A stretch of DNA of 64,000 nucleotides from Thermoplasmatales archaeon. Lineage in GTDB: Archaea > Thermoplasmatota > Thermoplasmata > Methanomassiliicoccales > Methanomethylophilaceae. The translations under genes were made by a program, and so were the position numbers. The notes under the pieces were generated by a model. The model saw only the letters and a program-made list of their open reading frames with translations. It was not told where the DNA came from and made no database searches. Of the stretch, positions 19,301 to 30,982 are shown piece by piece (positions within the stretch are counted from its first letter, which is position 1; every line of letters begins with the position of its first letter). The DNA is taken from assembly GCA_012515075.1 (NCBI GenBank), contig JAAYZC010000002.1:70048-134047 (forward strand). Direction: 5' to 3'.

Positions 19301-21689
19301 GTCCGTGAGGAAGCTTGAATCCATGTATCTGGTGACCAGGACGGATGTCACCTCCAAGAATAAATGGTACTTCTCCAGGTACAGCCCGGAACCCGAGGAC
19401 CGCGCACGGGCCATCGACAGGACGGTGTACAGATACCTGGGGTGCTTCGCGCCGGCCACGGTGCAGGAGGTCGCCTTCGCCCTGACCCTGACCGAGTCGG
19501 AGGCCCGCACATCCCTAGAGGCCCTGACGGCAGCCGGAGAGGTGTCGAGGGGAAGGTTCCTGATATCGGAGAGCGATCAATACATGCACAGGATCGACCA
19601 CATGAGGCTCCGCACAGGCAAGAACAACGTATACGACTTCGAGACGGTGGAGCGTTACAGGCGCCGCAAAGGGCGCCGGTTCGGTTCGATCAGGGAGTAC
19701 TTCGAGTTCTACGGCACCGCGGGTTCGGTGGTCGACGTCTTCAGCCGCGTGGAGGGGTTCGACCTCTCCCGGTGGCATGCGATGAGGGAGTCTGGCGAGA
19801 TACTGCTCGGAAGGTTCGCCCGCGGCAGGGTGAGGTACGTCCTATCTGAGGACGCGTACATGTACGCCGCCCTCAGGGAACCGCAGACCACCCCGTTCGA
19901 CGACAGGCTGCTGAGCATTATCTCCGGGATGGGAAGGGCCACGATGCGCGAGATTGTGAACCAGACGAAGATGGAAAGGGAGGAGGTGAAGGAGTCCCTC
20001 ATGCGCCTGGACCGCTCCCTGAAGCTGATAAGGGCCTTCGACGAGAGGGAGGACGGCGGATCCGAGAACATATACGAGGTCTTCGTCCCCAAGGTTCCTC
20101 CGGAGGACCCATTGGGACGCCTTCTCCGCAGGGCCATACTGGCTTACGGCCCGATACCCGCCGCGGGCCTGAGGCATCTACTCGGCCTGTCTCCCGAGGA
20201 TGCCGCCCGGGCCGCTATCGGAGCCGGGGCAGTCGCGATATCCGTCGGTGACGGGCAGACGCAGATGTTCATCATGCCCGAGGAGGTGTCTCTGCTGCAG
20301 GAGGACGGCGACGACGAAGAGGAGGAGATTAGGATACTGTCCCCCTACGATCCGGACCTGGCATCCAAATGGGCCGAGCTCAACTCCCTATACGGCGACC
20401 GCTGGGTATATCCGGCGGTCATGGGCAGTTCCATCGTGGGGGCCCTGGAGCTCTGGGAGATGTCGGGATGCATAGAGATAAGGTCCGTCGACATAAGGGA
20501 CCCGTCCTTTTTCCCCGGGGTACTGAGGGCCCTGGACTCCCTGATGGCATTCTTCAGGATGAAAGGCGTGGACATGGTGCGCATAAGGGAGGTCCTGAAC
20601 CGGGACGCCTCGGATTTGGAAGCGGAGACCGAGGCCGTTCTCAGGTCTTTCGGTTACAGGTTCGTGAACGGATTCTATGCCAAGGGCAGGTTCTCGGACA
20701 GGACGTTCTCAGAGGACGAGATCATAGGCTACGTGCTGAGGAAACAGCGCGTCCTGAGATCCGAAAGGTATACGACGGTCTACGAGGCCGTGGCGGCTCG
20801 CGGGTACATACGCGGGGACGCGGAGATACTGACGAGGGTGGCGGAGCGCACCACGATGAAGAAGCTGATGGAGAGGGGGCTGCTGATGGAGACCTCGCTG
20901 ATACCCCCATACATCGGATACACCACCCCGGAGTTCGCCTACCTCTACAGAGCGGCAAAGGAGCACGAAACGGACGACGACATGAGGATGCTCATATCTC
21001 TGATAAAGGATCACCAGCCGGTCTCCAAGAAGAAGATGCTGGAGAAGTCCATACTTTCTGAGGACAGGACCTCCGAGGCCCTGAACCGCCTTTTCAGGGA
21101 GACCGCGGTGTTCCGCGATGCCTCATCCCAATACGGGCTTGTGCAGCTGCGGAAGATGGACCGCGCGGACGCCGTCAGGGAAGTGATAAGGATGCACTTT
21201 CGCGATTTCGGGATCTTCTCGGCGGAGGGGCTGGGACAGTTCACGGGATTCAGGATGCCGGCGGTGCGCAGGGCCCTTCTGGAGCTCGAGGACGAAGGTT
21301 TCCTCGTCAAAGGGTTCTTCCTACGGGGCGATGCGACGCCCCGCTGGATGCTGAAGGAGGACGCGGACATCACCGTCGACACTCCGGAGGAGATGATCCT
21401 CCTGAACACACAGGACAACCTCCATCTGTACCTCCGTGACATGATAAAGCGGGAATGCGGAGCAAGCGAGAACGTGATCTTCCAGGGCACGAGGATCGTG
21501 GCGTCTTTCAAAGGCAAGCTGACCGCGACGGGGGCCAAGATCGAGGGGTTCAGGGGATCCCCAGAGGCTTACAGGTTCCTCATGGAGACCGCCAGATCCC
21601 TGGGTGTGAAGATCGGCAGGGAGAAGGAAGAGGAAGAAGAGGAATGGGACCCGGCCGAGTTCTATCTGAAGACCAACCCGGGTGCCTGA
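16368..21689 (+). CDS. lhr: Very large Lhr-type SF2 helicase (Lhr core plus an ~880-aa winged-helix-rich C-terminal extension)
   Basis: Walker A SSPTGSGKT, LDEIHD, SAT and QRIGRSGH, followed by an Lhr WH/domain-4-like region. ATG 16368 (MDLMEPLVSAWF) is preferred over the TTG at 16329. 1773 aa. Confidence 0.9.
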   Translation: MDLMEPLVSAWFRERFDTLTEPQARAVPVIHERKNVLVSSPTGSGKTLTAFTSIINELTRYASEGKLEERVYCIYISPLKALANDIERNLNTPLAEMRAVAEAHGMNIPDIRVAVRSGDTPPNERQKMLRHPPHILITTPESMALILAAPKFRERISQVEWVILDEIHDICDSKRGAFLSLTLERLREFCEKDFTRIGLSATLAPIDAIAGFLAGVDPKGETRDVTLVESGSKKQLDLRVICPTEDMTALSSDIVNSMMYDELKELIDTHETTLVFTNTRSGAESVVYKLKERGLDNVEVHHSSLGRDIRLNVEERLKRGEIKCVVSSTSLELGIDIGSVDLVCQIGSPKSVAKGLQRIGRSGHSMGKVAKGRLLVFDPDDLVECAVMCRAAHRSDIDRVGIPENSLDVLSQTVVGMSLDKRWEVDRAFAVIKGSYCYRNLSMERFVSVLKYLGSKDEFEGVYSKIWYDEAEGVFGRKKGSRMIYYMNLGTIPEEANYRVITNHGSIAGELSEKFVERLSPRDIFVLGGRSFEFVRSKGMTAYVKEATGRKPTVPSWAGEMLPRSFDLSVDVAEFRREMAGRMDDSPANIKALSDEFDIDEGSARSLVSYFKEQQAVCGLIPDDKVLAVEEYIDPSGNQRLIFHFPFGRRVNDALSRGYAYRISNIVGSNVSVTMSDDNFMIGTPRKVDPAKIPGLLSSNDLGGILRKAVKDSEIFKLRFRHTAARSFMILRNYMGRPISINRQQLRSTYLLESLAEMEDFPVIEETYREVLEDDMDIKNARYILSLIEKGEVEMVPIPFSGTPSPFAHSIILTGFSDIVLMEDRSALLRELHRKVLYRALGDSVRDFEFEEDQVVPYFREKAGRITCKEDIPRLLMRTGPLQALRERGRNIYSYADDDKKTVDGWVRELLKEGSIGTVFLDEPHIMAVAEIRHYAAATRKERELTETDAAVLGCVEGQVALSDITERLGISEDVTFRSVRKLESMYLVTRTDVTSKNKWYFSRYSPEPEDRARAIDRTVYRYLGCFAPATVQEVAFALTLTESEARTSLEALTAAGEVSRGRFLISESDQYMHRIDHMRLRTGKNNVYDFETVERYRRRKGRRFGSIREYFEFYGTAGSVVDVFSRVEGFDLSRWHAMRESGEILLGRFARGRVRYVLSEDAYMYAALREPQTTPFDDRLLSIISGMGRATMREIVNQTKMEREEVKESLMRLDRSLKLIRAFDEREDGGSENIYEVFVPKVPPEDPLGRLLRRAILAYGPIPAAGLRHLLGLSPEDAARAAIGAGAVAISVGDGQTQMFIMPEEVSLLQEDGDDEEEEIRILSPYDPDLASKWAELNSLYGDRWVYPAVMGSSIVGALELWEMSGCIEIRSVDIRDPSFFPGVLRALDSLMAFFRMKGVDMVRIREVLNRDASDLEAETEAVLRSFGYRFVNGFYAKGRFSDRTFSEDEIIGYVLRKQRVLRSERYTTVYEAVAARGYIRGDAEILTRVAERTTMKKLMERGLLMETSLIPPYIGYTTPEFAYLYRAAKEHETDDDMRMLISLIKDHQPVSKKKMLEKSILSEDRTSEALNRLFRETAVFRDASSQYGLVQLRKMDRADAVREVIRMHFRDFGIFSAEGLGQFTGFRMPAVRRALLELEDEGFLVKGFFLRGDATPRWMLKEDADITVDTPEEMILLNTQDNLHLYLRDMIKRECGASENVIFQGTRIVASFKGKLTATGAKIEGFRGSPEAYRFLMETARSLGVKIGREKEEEEEEWDPAEFYLKTNPGA

Positions 21690-21735
21690 GCCCGATTATG
21701 TCATGATTAAATACCCGGTTCGCCATGGTTCAGAC

Positions 21736-22128
21736 ATGAAGATACCCTGTGAGCTGGTCGTATGGTACGTCCTCCCCACGATACGCAGGGAGGTCGCCAA
21801 AGAGCTCGTGGAGGTCCACAAGATGTCGCAGGCGCAGGTGGCGAGGATGTTCGGAGTCACCGACGCAGCCATATCCCAGTATCTCAAAAGGAAGAGGGGC
21901 GACAACCCTCTGATAGAGGACAGCCCCCATCACGACCTCTTCGCCGAAGAGATAAAGGCCGCAGCGTCCAGGATGGCCCTCGAGGGCTCCGATTTCGCCA
22001 ACGAGATCTGCAACATATGCACCATCGTGAAGAAGACGGGGATGCTGGCCCGCATATACGAGGTTCAGATGGGATGCTCGCCGCCGCTATGCGCCTGCGA
22101 GCGCGACCGCATGATAATATCGCTGTGA
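21736..22128 (+). CDS. HTH (XRE-like) DNA-binding protein with a C-terminal Cys cluster
   Basis: MSQAQVARMFGVTDAAISQYLKRKRG forms the helix-turn-helix. The C-terminus has CNICTIVKK...GCSPPLCAC. ATG 21736 chosen because the longer form would overlap lhr. Confidence 0.65.
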   Translation: MKIPCELVVWYVLPTIRREVAKELVEVHKMSQAQVARMFGVTDAAISQYLKRKRGDNPLIEDSPHHDLFAEEIKAAASRMALEGSDFANEICNICTIVKKTGMLARIYEVQMGCSPPLCACERDRMIISL

Positions 22129-22904
22129 TAGAGCAGCTCCTGGGCGTATCCGGCATAAGAACCGAACCTTTCCCTTCCGAAGGCCGCCAGACGGTCGTAT
22201 CCGCCCCTTACCCCGTACACTTTTTCCAGGGACCGGGATATTCTCGCATCCACCGGGAAGGCCTCCAGATGACCGTAGGCGAACAGGCATACGCAATCTG
22301 CAACCTTCGGGCCTATGCCCGTTACTCCGAGCAGCGTGCGCCTGCACTCCGGATAGTCCATCTCCTTCAACGCCTCTGGATCCAGAATCCCATCCTCGAC
22401 GATTTGTGCCAGCATGATCAGGCGGTCCTTCCTGTATCCCAGTCTGCACGAGTCTATGCGGTCGATGCCTTCCAGTATATCCGCGGGAGAGGGGAAGGAC
22501 GCCCTCCCCTTCCCGATGTCGCGGCCCAGCTCCCTGCATACGGAATCGATCATGCATCCGATCCTCTTCACATTGGCATTCGTGGCGAGGATGTAGGTCG
22601 CGGTGCACTCCCACGCCGGCTGCCTCAGGATACGCATGCCCGGGCACATCACCGCCAGAGAGGACACATGGTTGTCGCGCGAGGATATGTCGGAGTATAT
22701 CACCTTGAGATCGTCCTCTGCCCGGAAATAGTGTTTCAAAGCAGATTCCGATGTACCCGAGAATTCCAGACCGTCCTCCGTCTGCCTTATGTCGGCGGCA
22801 TCGTTGCCGATGACGCCCTCCCAGACGTCCCCGTTCTTCCTCCACCTGTGGGCCTGACCGCAGCCCAGGGTCGGATCCAGGGCCACATCCATCTCCATCC
22901 TCAT
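22065..22904 (-). CDS. ogg: Ogg1-type 8-oxoguanine DNA glycosylase/AP lyase (HhH-GPD)
   Basis: OGG_N-like LDPTLGCGQAHRWRK. The HhH-GPD motif GVTGIGPKVADCVCLF carries the catalytic Lys, and PVDARI carries the Asp. The start at 22904 is supported by a TATA-like element 22-30 nt upstream. Confidence 0.8.
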   Translation of the reverse strand: MRMEMDVALDPTLGCGQAHRWRKNGDVWEGVIGNDAADIRQTEDGLEFSGTSESALKHYFRAEDDLKVIYSDISSRDNHVSSLAVMCPGMRILRQPAWECTATYILATNANVKRIGCMIDSVCRELGRDIGKGRASFPSPADILEGIDRIDSCRLGYRKDRLIMLAQIVEDGILDPEALKEMDYPECRRTLLGVTGIGPKVADCVCLFAYGHLEAFPVDARISRSLEKVYGVRGGYDRLAAFGRERFGSYAGYAQELLYHSDIIMRSRSQAHSGGEHPI

Positions 22905-22925
22905 GAGACCGGGGAGAGAATCCGC

Positions 22926-22948
22926 GGATAATAACGTTTCATAAATAC
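22926..22948. promoter_or_regulatory. Palindrome-centred bidirectional BRE/TATA block between ogg and the nfo-like gene
   Basis: GGATAATAACGTTTCATAAATAC has a central AACGTT palindrome flanked by TATA-like TTATTATCC (minus strand) and CATAAATAC (plus strand). Each lies 21-30 nt from its ATG. Confidence 0.45.
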
Positions 22949-22968
22949 TTCGGCGCACATACGCCATC

Positions 22969-23778
22969 ATGAGATTTGGCCCGTCGGGATACCCAAAGAG
23001 CAGCAAGAATCCGGAGGAGGCCTTCAGGATGATAAGGGGTATGGGCCTGGACGCCCTCGAGGTAGGATTCGTAAGGGGTGCCAGAATCGCCCCGGAGAGG
23101 GCCGAGGCCGTGGGGAAGGCGGCGGCGGAGAACGGGATCAGACTAAGCTGCCACGCCCCCTACTTCATAAGCTTCAACTCAGACAATCCCGAGACGCGGG
23201 AGAAGAGCCTAGGGTGGGTGATGGACACCGTCCGCGCCGCCCACGCGATGAGGGCCTACGTCATAGTCATCCATGCGGCGACCTACGGTAAGTCGCCCGA
23301 GACCGCCACACACTCGGTCATAGAAGGCCTGAACAGGTGCAGGTCTATGATGGATGACGAGGGCATAGACGACGTCATGCTGGGTTTGGAGACCATGGGC
23401 AAGACGGGCGCCTGGGGAACGCTGCGGGAGATATCCGAGGTCATGGACAGCGTGGAAGGATCCTGCGCTGTGCTGGACGTCGCCCACGTGCATGCCCGCG
23501 GCAGGGGATGCCTGCGGTCCGAGGACGACATGAGTTCCCTGCTGGAGGAGTTCTTCCCGCTTGCGGGGGATGTGGCCCATTTCCACATAAGCTGCATAAA
23601 ATACGGGGACAAGGGTGAGATATCCCACCTGCCGCTGGCATCGAGGGATCCCGATCTGTCTCTGCTTGCATCGGTTCTGGAAGACGAGGGTAGGGACTGC
23701 ACCTTCATATGCGAGTCTCCGCTGATGGAAGCGGACGCGGTCGTCTTCAGGGACATGTTCCCCAAGTACCGTATCTAA
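22969..23778 (+). CDS. nfo: Endonuclease IV-like AP endonuclease (xylose isomerase-like TIM barrel)
   Basis: The spacing matches the Nfo metal-ligand pattern: CHAPYFISFNS...REKS, VIVIHAA, LGLETMG, LDVAHVHARG, HFHISC, ISHLPL and ICESP. Confidence 0.65.
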   Translation: MRFGPSGYPKSSKNPEEAFRMIRGMGLDALEVGFVRGARIAPERAEAVGKAAAENGIRLSCHAPYFISFNSDNPETREKSLGWVMDTVRAAHAMRAYVIVIHAATYGKSPETATHSVIEGLNRCRSMMDDEGIDDVMLGLETMGKTGAWGTLREISEVMDSVEGSCAVLDVAHVHARGRGCLRSEDDMSSLLEEFFPLAGDVAHFHISCIKYGDKGEISHLPLASRDPDLSLLASVLEDEGRDCTFICESPLMEADAVVFRDMFPKYRI

Positions 23779-23782
23779 ACCT

Positions 23783-23789
23783 TTATATC
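23783..23789 (+). promoter_or_regulatory. TATA box for tRNA-Thr
   Basis: TTTATAT lies 26-32 nt upstream of the mature tRNA 5' end. Confidence 0.5.
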
Positions 23790-23814
23790 GAATATCACGC
23801 TTAGCGAAGGCAAC

Positions 23815-23889
23815 GCCACTGTGGCTCAGAGGTAGAGCGACTGATTCGTAATCAGTTGGTCGGGGGTTCGATTCCCTCCAGTGGCTCCA
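23815..23889 (+). tRNA. tRNA-Thr (anticodon CGU), CCA encoded
   Basis: It folds by hand into a cloverleaf. Acceptor stem GCCACTG/CAGTGGC, anticodon stem ACTGA/TCAGT, loop TTCGTAA and T-loop GGTTCGATT. Discriminator at 23886, then CCA. Confidence 0.9.
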
Positions 23890-23927
23890 TCACTTCTCGG
23901 CGCGGTCCTTTACTCAGACCCGTCCGC

Positions 23928-25199
23928 TCATTTCAGGTATTGGCTCACTATCTTTATCGCGCAGACGTCCCCGCACATCGAACACCCCTCCTCCTTCTCC
24001 GTGGTTCCGCGGGACCTGTATCTTCTGGCCTTTTCCTCGTCTATGCATATGCTGAACATGGAGTCCCAGTCCAGTTTCTTCCTGGCCTCCGCCATCATCG
24101 TGTCGCGTTCCGCGCCCTTTCCGCGGGCACGGTCCCCCACATGGGCAGCTATTTTAGAGGCGATAACCCCCTCTCTGACGTCGTCCACGTCCGGAAGCGA
24201 AAGGTGCTCCGCCGGTGTGAGGTAGCAGAGGAAGTCCGCCCCGGCCTGGGCAGCGACCGCGCCGCCGATCGCCCCGACGATGTGATCGTACCCGGGCGCT
24301 ATGTCCGTAACAAGGGGGCCCAGGACGTAGAATGGGGCCCCGTCGCAGAGCCTCTTCTCCAGCTGCACGTTCGCCGCCACGTAGTCCAGGGGCACGTGCC
24401 CGGGACCTTCGACCATGCACTGGACCCCCGCCTCACGGGATCTCCTGACGAGATGACCCAGAGTCATGAGTTCCGATATCTGCGCCTGGTCCGTTGCATC
24501 GTCGATGCATCCTGGCCTGAAACCGTCTCCGAGTGACAGGGCGAAATCGTACTCGGCCGCCATCTCCAGCAGATAGTCGAAGTTCCTGTAAAGGGGGTTC
24601 TCCTCCTCGTTGTGCAGTATCCAGGCAGTCAGGAAGGAGCCTCCGCGGGAGACCACGTCCGTTATCCTGCTCGTCTTTTTCAGCCAGGCGACGTTCTCCT
24701 TGGTTATCCCGCAGTGGACGGTCATGAAATCCATCCCGTCCTCTGCGTGCTTCTCTATTCCGCTGAAGATGTCGTCCTCCGTCATATCCACGACGGCGTT
24801 CCTCCTGGCAGCCACGAGCCCGGTCTGGTATATCGGAACGGATCCGATCATAACCGGGCATTCCGAGATGAGCCTGGACCTTATGGCGTCTATGTCCCCG
24901 CCGGTGCTGAGGTCCATCACGGCGTCTGTCCCGTACCTCAGGGCCACGCGAAGCTTCTCCAGCTCGCTCTCCAGGCACGCCATGTCCCTGGACGTTCCCA
25001 GGTTGACGTTGACCTTCACGGACATGCCGTCGCCGATAGCCGCCGGAACGGGGTCATGCACGGGATTGCAGGGCGCTACGATGCGGCCGGATGCTATGCC
25101 CCTCCTGACGAAATCCTCGCTCACCCCCTCCTTCTTGGCGATCTCCTTCATTCCGGGTGTTATGACGCCCCTGCGGGCCTCCTGCATGACGGTACTCAT
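23928..25199 (-). CDS. thiC: Phosphomethylpyrimidine synthase ThiC
   Basis: 423 aa beginning MSTVMQEARRGVITPGMKEIAKKEGV, with a conserved core and the C-terminal Fe-S motif CSMCGDVCAIK. Confidence 0.95.
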   Translation of the reverse strand: MSTVMQEARRGVITPGMKEIAKKEGVSEDFVRRGIASGRIVAPCNPVHDPVPAAIGDGMSVKVNVNLGTSRDMACLESELEKLRVALRYGTDAVMDLSTGGDIDAIRSRLISECPVMIGSVPIYQTGLVAARRNAVVDMTEDDIFSGIEKHAEDGMDFMTVHCGITKENVAWLKKTSRITDVVSRGGSFLTAWILHNEEENPLYRNFDYLLEMAAEYDFALSLGDGFRPGCIDDATDQAQISELMTLGHLVRRSREAGVQCMVEGPGHVPLDYVAANVQLEKRLCDGAPFYVLGPLVTDIAPGYDHIVGAIGGAVAAQAGADFLCYLTPAEHLSLPDVDDVREGVIASKIAAHVGDRARGKGAERDTMMAEARKKLDWDSMFSICIDEEKARRYRSRGTTEKEEGCSMCGDVCAIKIVSQYLK

Positions 25200-25303
25200 C
25201 TTATATCGTACCCTGAACGACTGCGCGGTATATCATCGTTGCCAGGCATGTGCCCCGTTGCCATGCTCCCGATGCTTTCTCTCGCGCGCGTACGATTATA
25301 TAG

Positions 25304-29723
<4,420 letters not shown>

Positions 29724-29727
<4 letters not shown>

Positions 29728-30077
29728 GGCCGGGGAGGAACGCGACGGCATACGCGGGGCTGGTCGTTTCGGCGGCGGCCCCGTTCCTGGCGGCCGTCGT
29801 GTTCCTGCTCCTGTCGCCCGGGACAGACATCCTCTCGGGTGACTGGGACGACCCTTCCTATCTGGGGGCTGTCCTGTCCCTCACGCTCACCGTGGTGCTG
29901 TCTCTGAATCTCGCGGTGTACGTCTGGAACATGATCCTGACATACCGCTCCGTGGAAGAGGCCGAGAGCATAGTCTGCTACCGTCTATCCGGAGAGTCCC
30001 CTTTCCCGGAGCAGGTGCCGAAGGAAGAGCCAGAGACAAGGGGCAAGATGCCTCCCGAGAGTCCGGGGGACCAGTAA
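29724..30077 (+). CDS. Small two-TM membrane protein coupled to gyrA
   Basis: 117 aa with a TTG start overlapping the gyrA stop (TTGA). It has two hydrophobic helices, high third-position GC and a Pro/Glu-rich tail. Confidence 0.55.
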
Positions 30078-30079
30078 AC

Positions 30080-30089
30080 TTTATAAAAA
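30080..30089 (+). promoter_or_regulatory. TATA box for tRNA-Phe
   Basis: TTTATAAAAA lies 24-33 nt upstream of the tRNA 5' end. Confidence 0.55.
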
Positions 30090-30112
30090 GACTATCCATA
30101 GGGGGGAATCGC

Positions 30113-30188
30113 GCCGTGGTAACTCAGTTGGGAGAGTGCATGACTGAAGATCATGAAGTCGCTGGTTCGAGCCCGGCTCACGGCACCA
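30113..30188 (+). tRNA. tRNA-Phe (anticodon GAA), CCA encoded
   Basis: Acceptor stem GCCGTGG/TCACGGC, anticodon stem CATGA/TCATG, loop CTGAAGA and T-arm GCTGG-TTCGAGC-CCGGC. Discriminator A, then CCA. Confidence 0.9.
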
Positions 30189-30272
30189 TACCTTCCTATC
30201 GATCCCCGGACGACGTTCGGAATTTGAATACCGATAAATACGCAACGGCGTGTCTTTTCGGGAGGGGTTGCC

Positions 30273-30437
30273 ATGGACAAGGTGTTCATCGATGTCAGGA
30301 CGAGTGACCTCACCCTCACCGAGGTCCTTCGCATGATCGAGGAGATCCAGGCGGAGAACCCAGATTACGATATATTCCTGGACGGGGACACCCATACCAT
30401 AATGGGAAGACCCAGGGTCAACCTTTGGGAGAGATAA
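30273..30437 (+). CDS. Unannotated 54-aa protein (below the ORF-track length cut-off)
   Basis: ATG preceded by the SD GGGAGGGG. Translation: MDKVFIDVRTSDLTLTEVLRMIEEIQAENPDYDIFLDGDTHTIMGRPRVNLWER. Third-position GC is high. Its end overlaps the start of the next gene. Confidence 0.5.
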   Translation: MDKVFIDVRTSDLTLTEVLRMIEEIQAENPDYDIFLDGDTHTIMGRPRVNLWER

Positions 30438-30982
30438 AATTGGGGCGCGGAAGGATAACCATAGGACTTTACAACTCATACGATCCGGTAAGATTCAGAG
30501 AGCCTCACAGGCGGATCCTGGCCAGGACGGGGGACCTGGCGCTGGCATTCGATATGAACCTGGCGCTGTTCGGTTTCCCGATCCCAGAGGATGCAGGCAC
30601 TCCCCGGGAGATGGCGGAGTGGGTGGCCGGTACCACCAGCATAGGCGAGCACGGGGAATACTTCGTGCAGCTGGCGGAGAAGGGCAGGTTCCACAGGTTT
30701 CCCTATCCTTCAAAGGGGTTCCCGCCGCAGCTCGGCGAAGCCGTGCTCACCACAAGCAAGCCCTCCCCCGGGAAGTCGGTGTCGCTGAGGGAGGTCACCG
30801 AAATGGCGGGAAGCGGACGCAGCGTCCTACTCCTTTTCGGGATAGGTCCGCACGGGGTTCCGAAGGATGTGGCATCGATCCCGAAGTACAACCTCGACAT
30901 AACCGGAGGAGGATACTCCCTGGAGACCTGCACCGCCCTGGGGGCGGTCTGCGGGGCCATACGTGCGACTGCGGATCAGTAG
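30425..30982 (+). CDS. DUF531-like protein, probable SPOUT-fold (trefoil-knot) methyltransferase relative
   Basis: ITIGLYNSYD N-terminus, plus LLLFGIGPHGVPKDV...YNLDIT..GYSLETCTALGAV, which resembles the SPOUT C-terminal knot. TTG start at 30425, with TTG 30440 as an alternative. This is the only gene in the window ending in TAG. Confidence 0.6.
   Translation: MGEIKLGRGRITIGLYNSYDPVRFREPHRRILARTGDLALAFDMNLALFGFPIPEDAGTPREMAEWVAGTTSIGEHGEYFVQLAEKGRFHRFPYPSKGFPPQLGEAVLTTSKPSPGKSVSLREVTEMAGSGRSVLLLFGIGPHGVPKDVASIPKYNLDITGGGYSLETCTALGAVCGAIRATADQ

Noticed and set aside
25200-25295. TPP riboswitch upstream of thiC
   Set aside because: I could not find the conserved CUGAGA or the pyrophosphate-sensor helix consensus, and the leader (~70 nt) is short for the aptamer. 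I kept it only as a repeat-containing leader in the findings.
30081-30479. Minus-strand ORFs 30081-30479 and 30092-30334, and plus-strand ORF 30116-30307
   Set aside because: They overlap the tRNA-Phe gene and the better-supported 54-aa plus-strand ORF, and they show no motifs.
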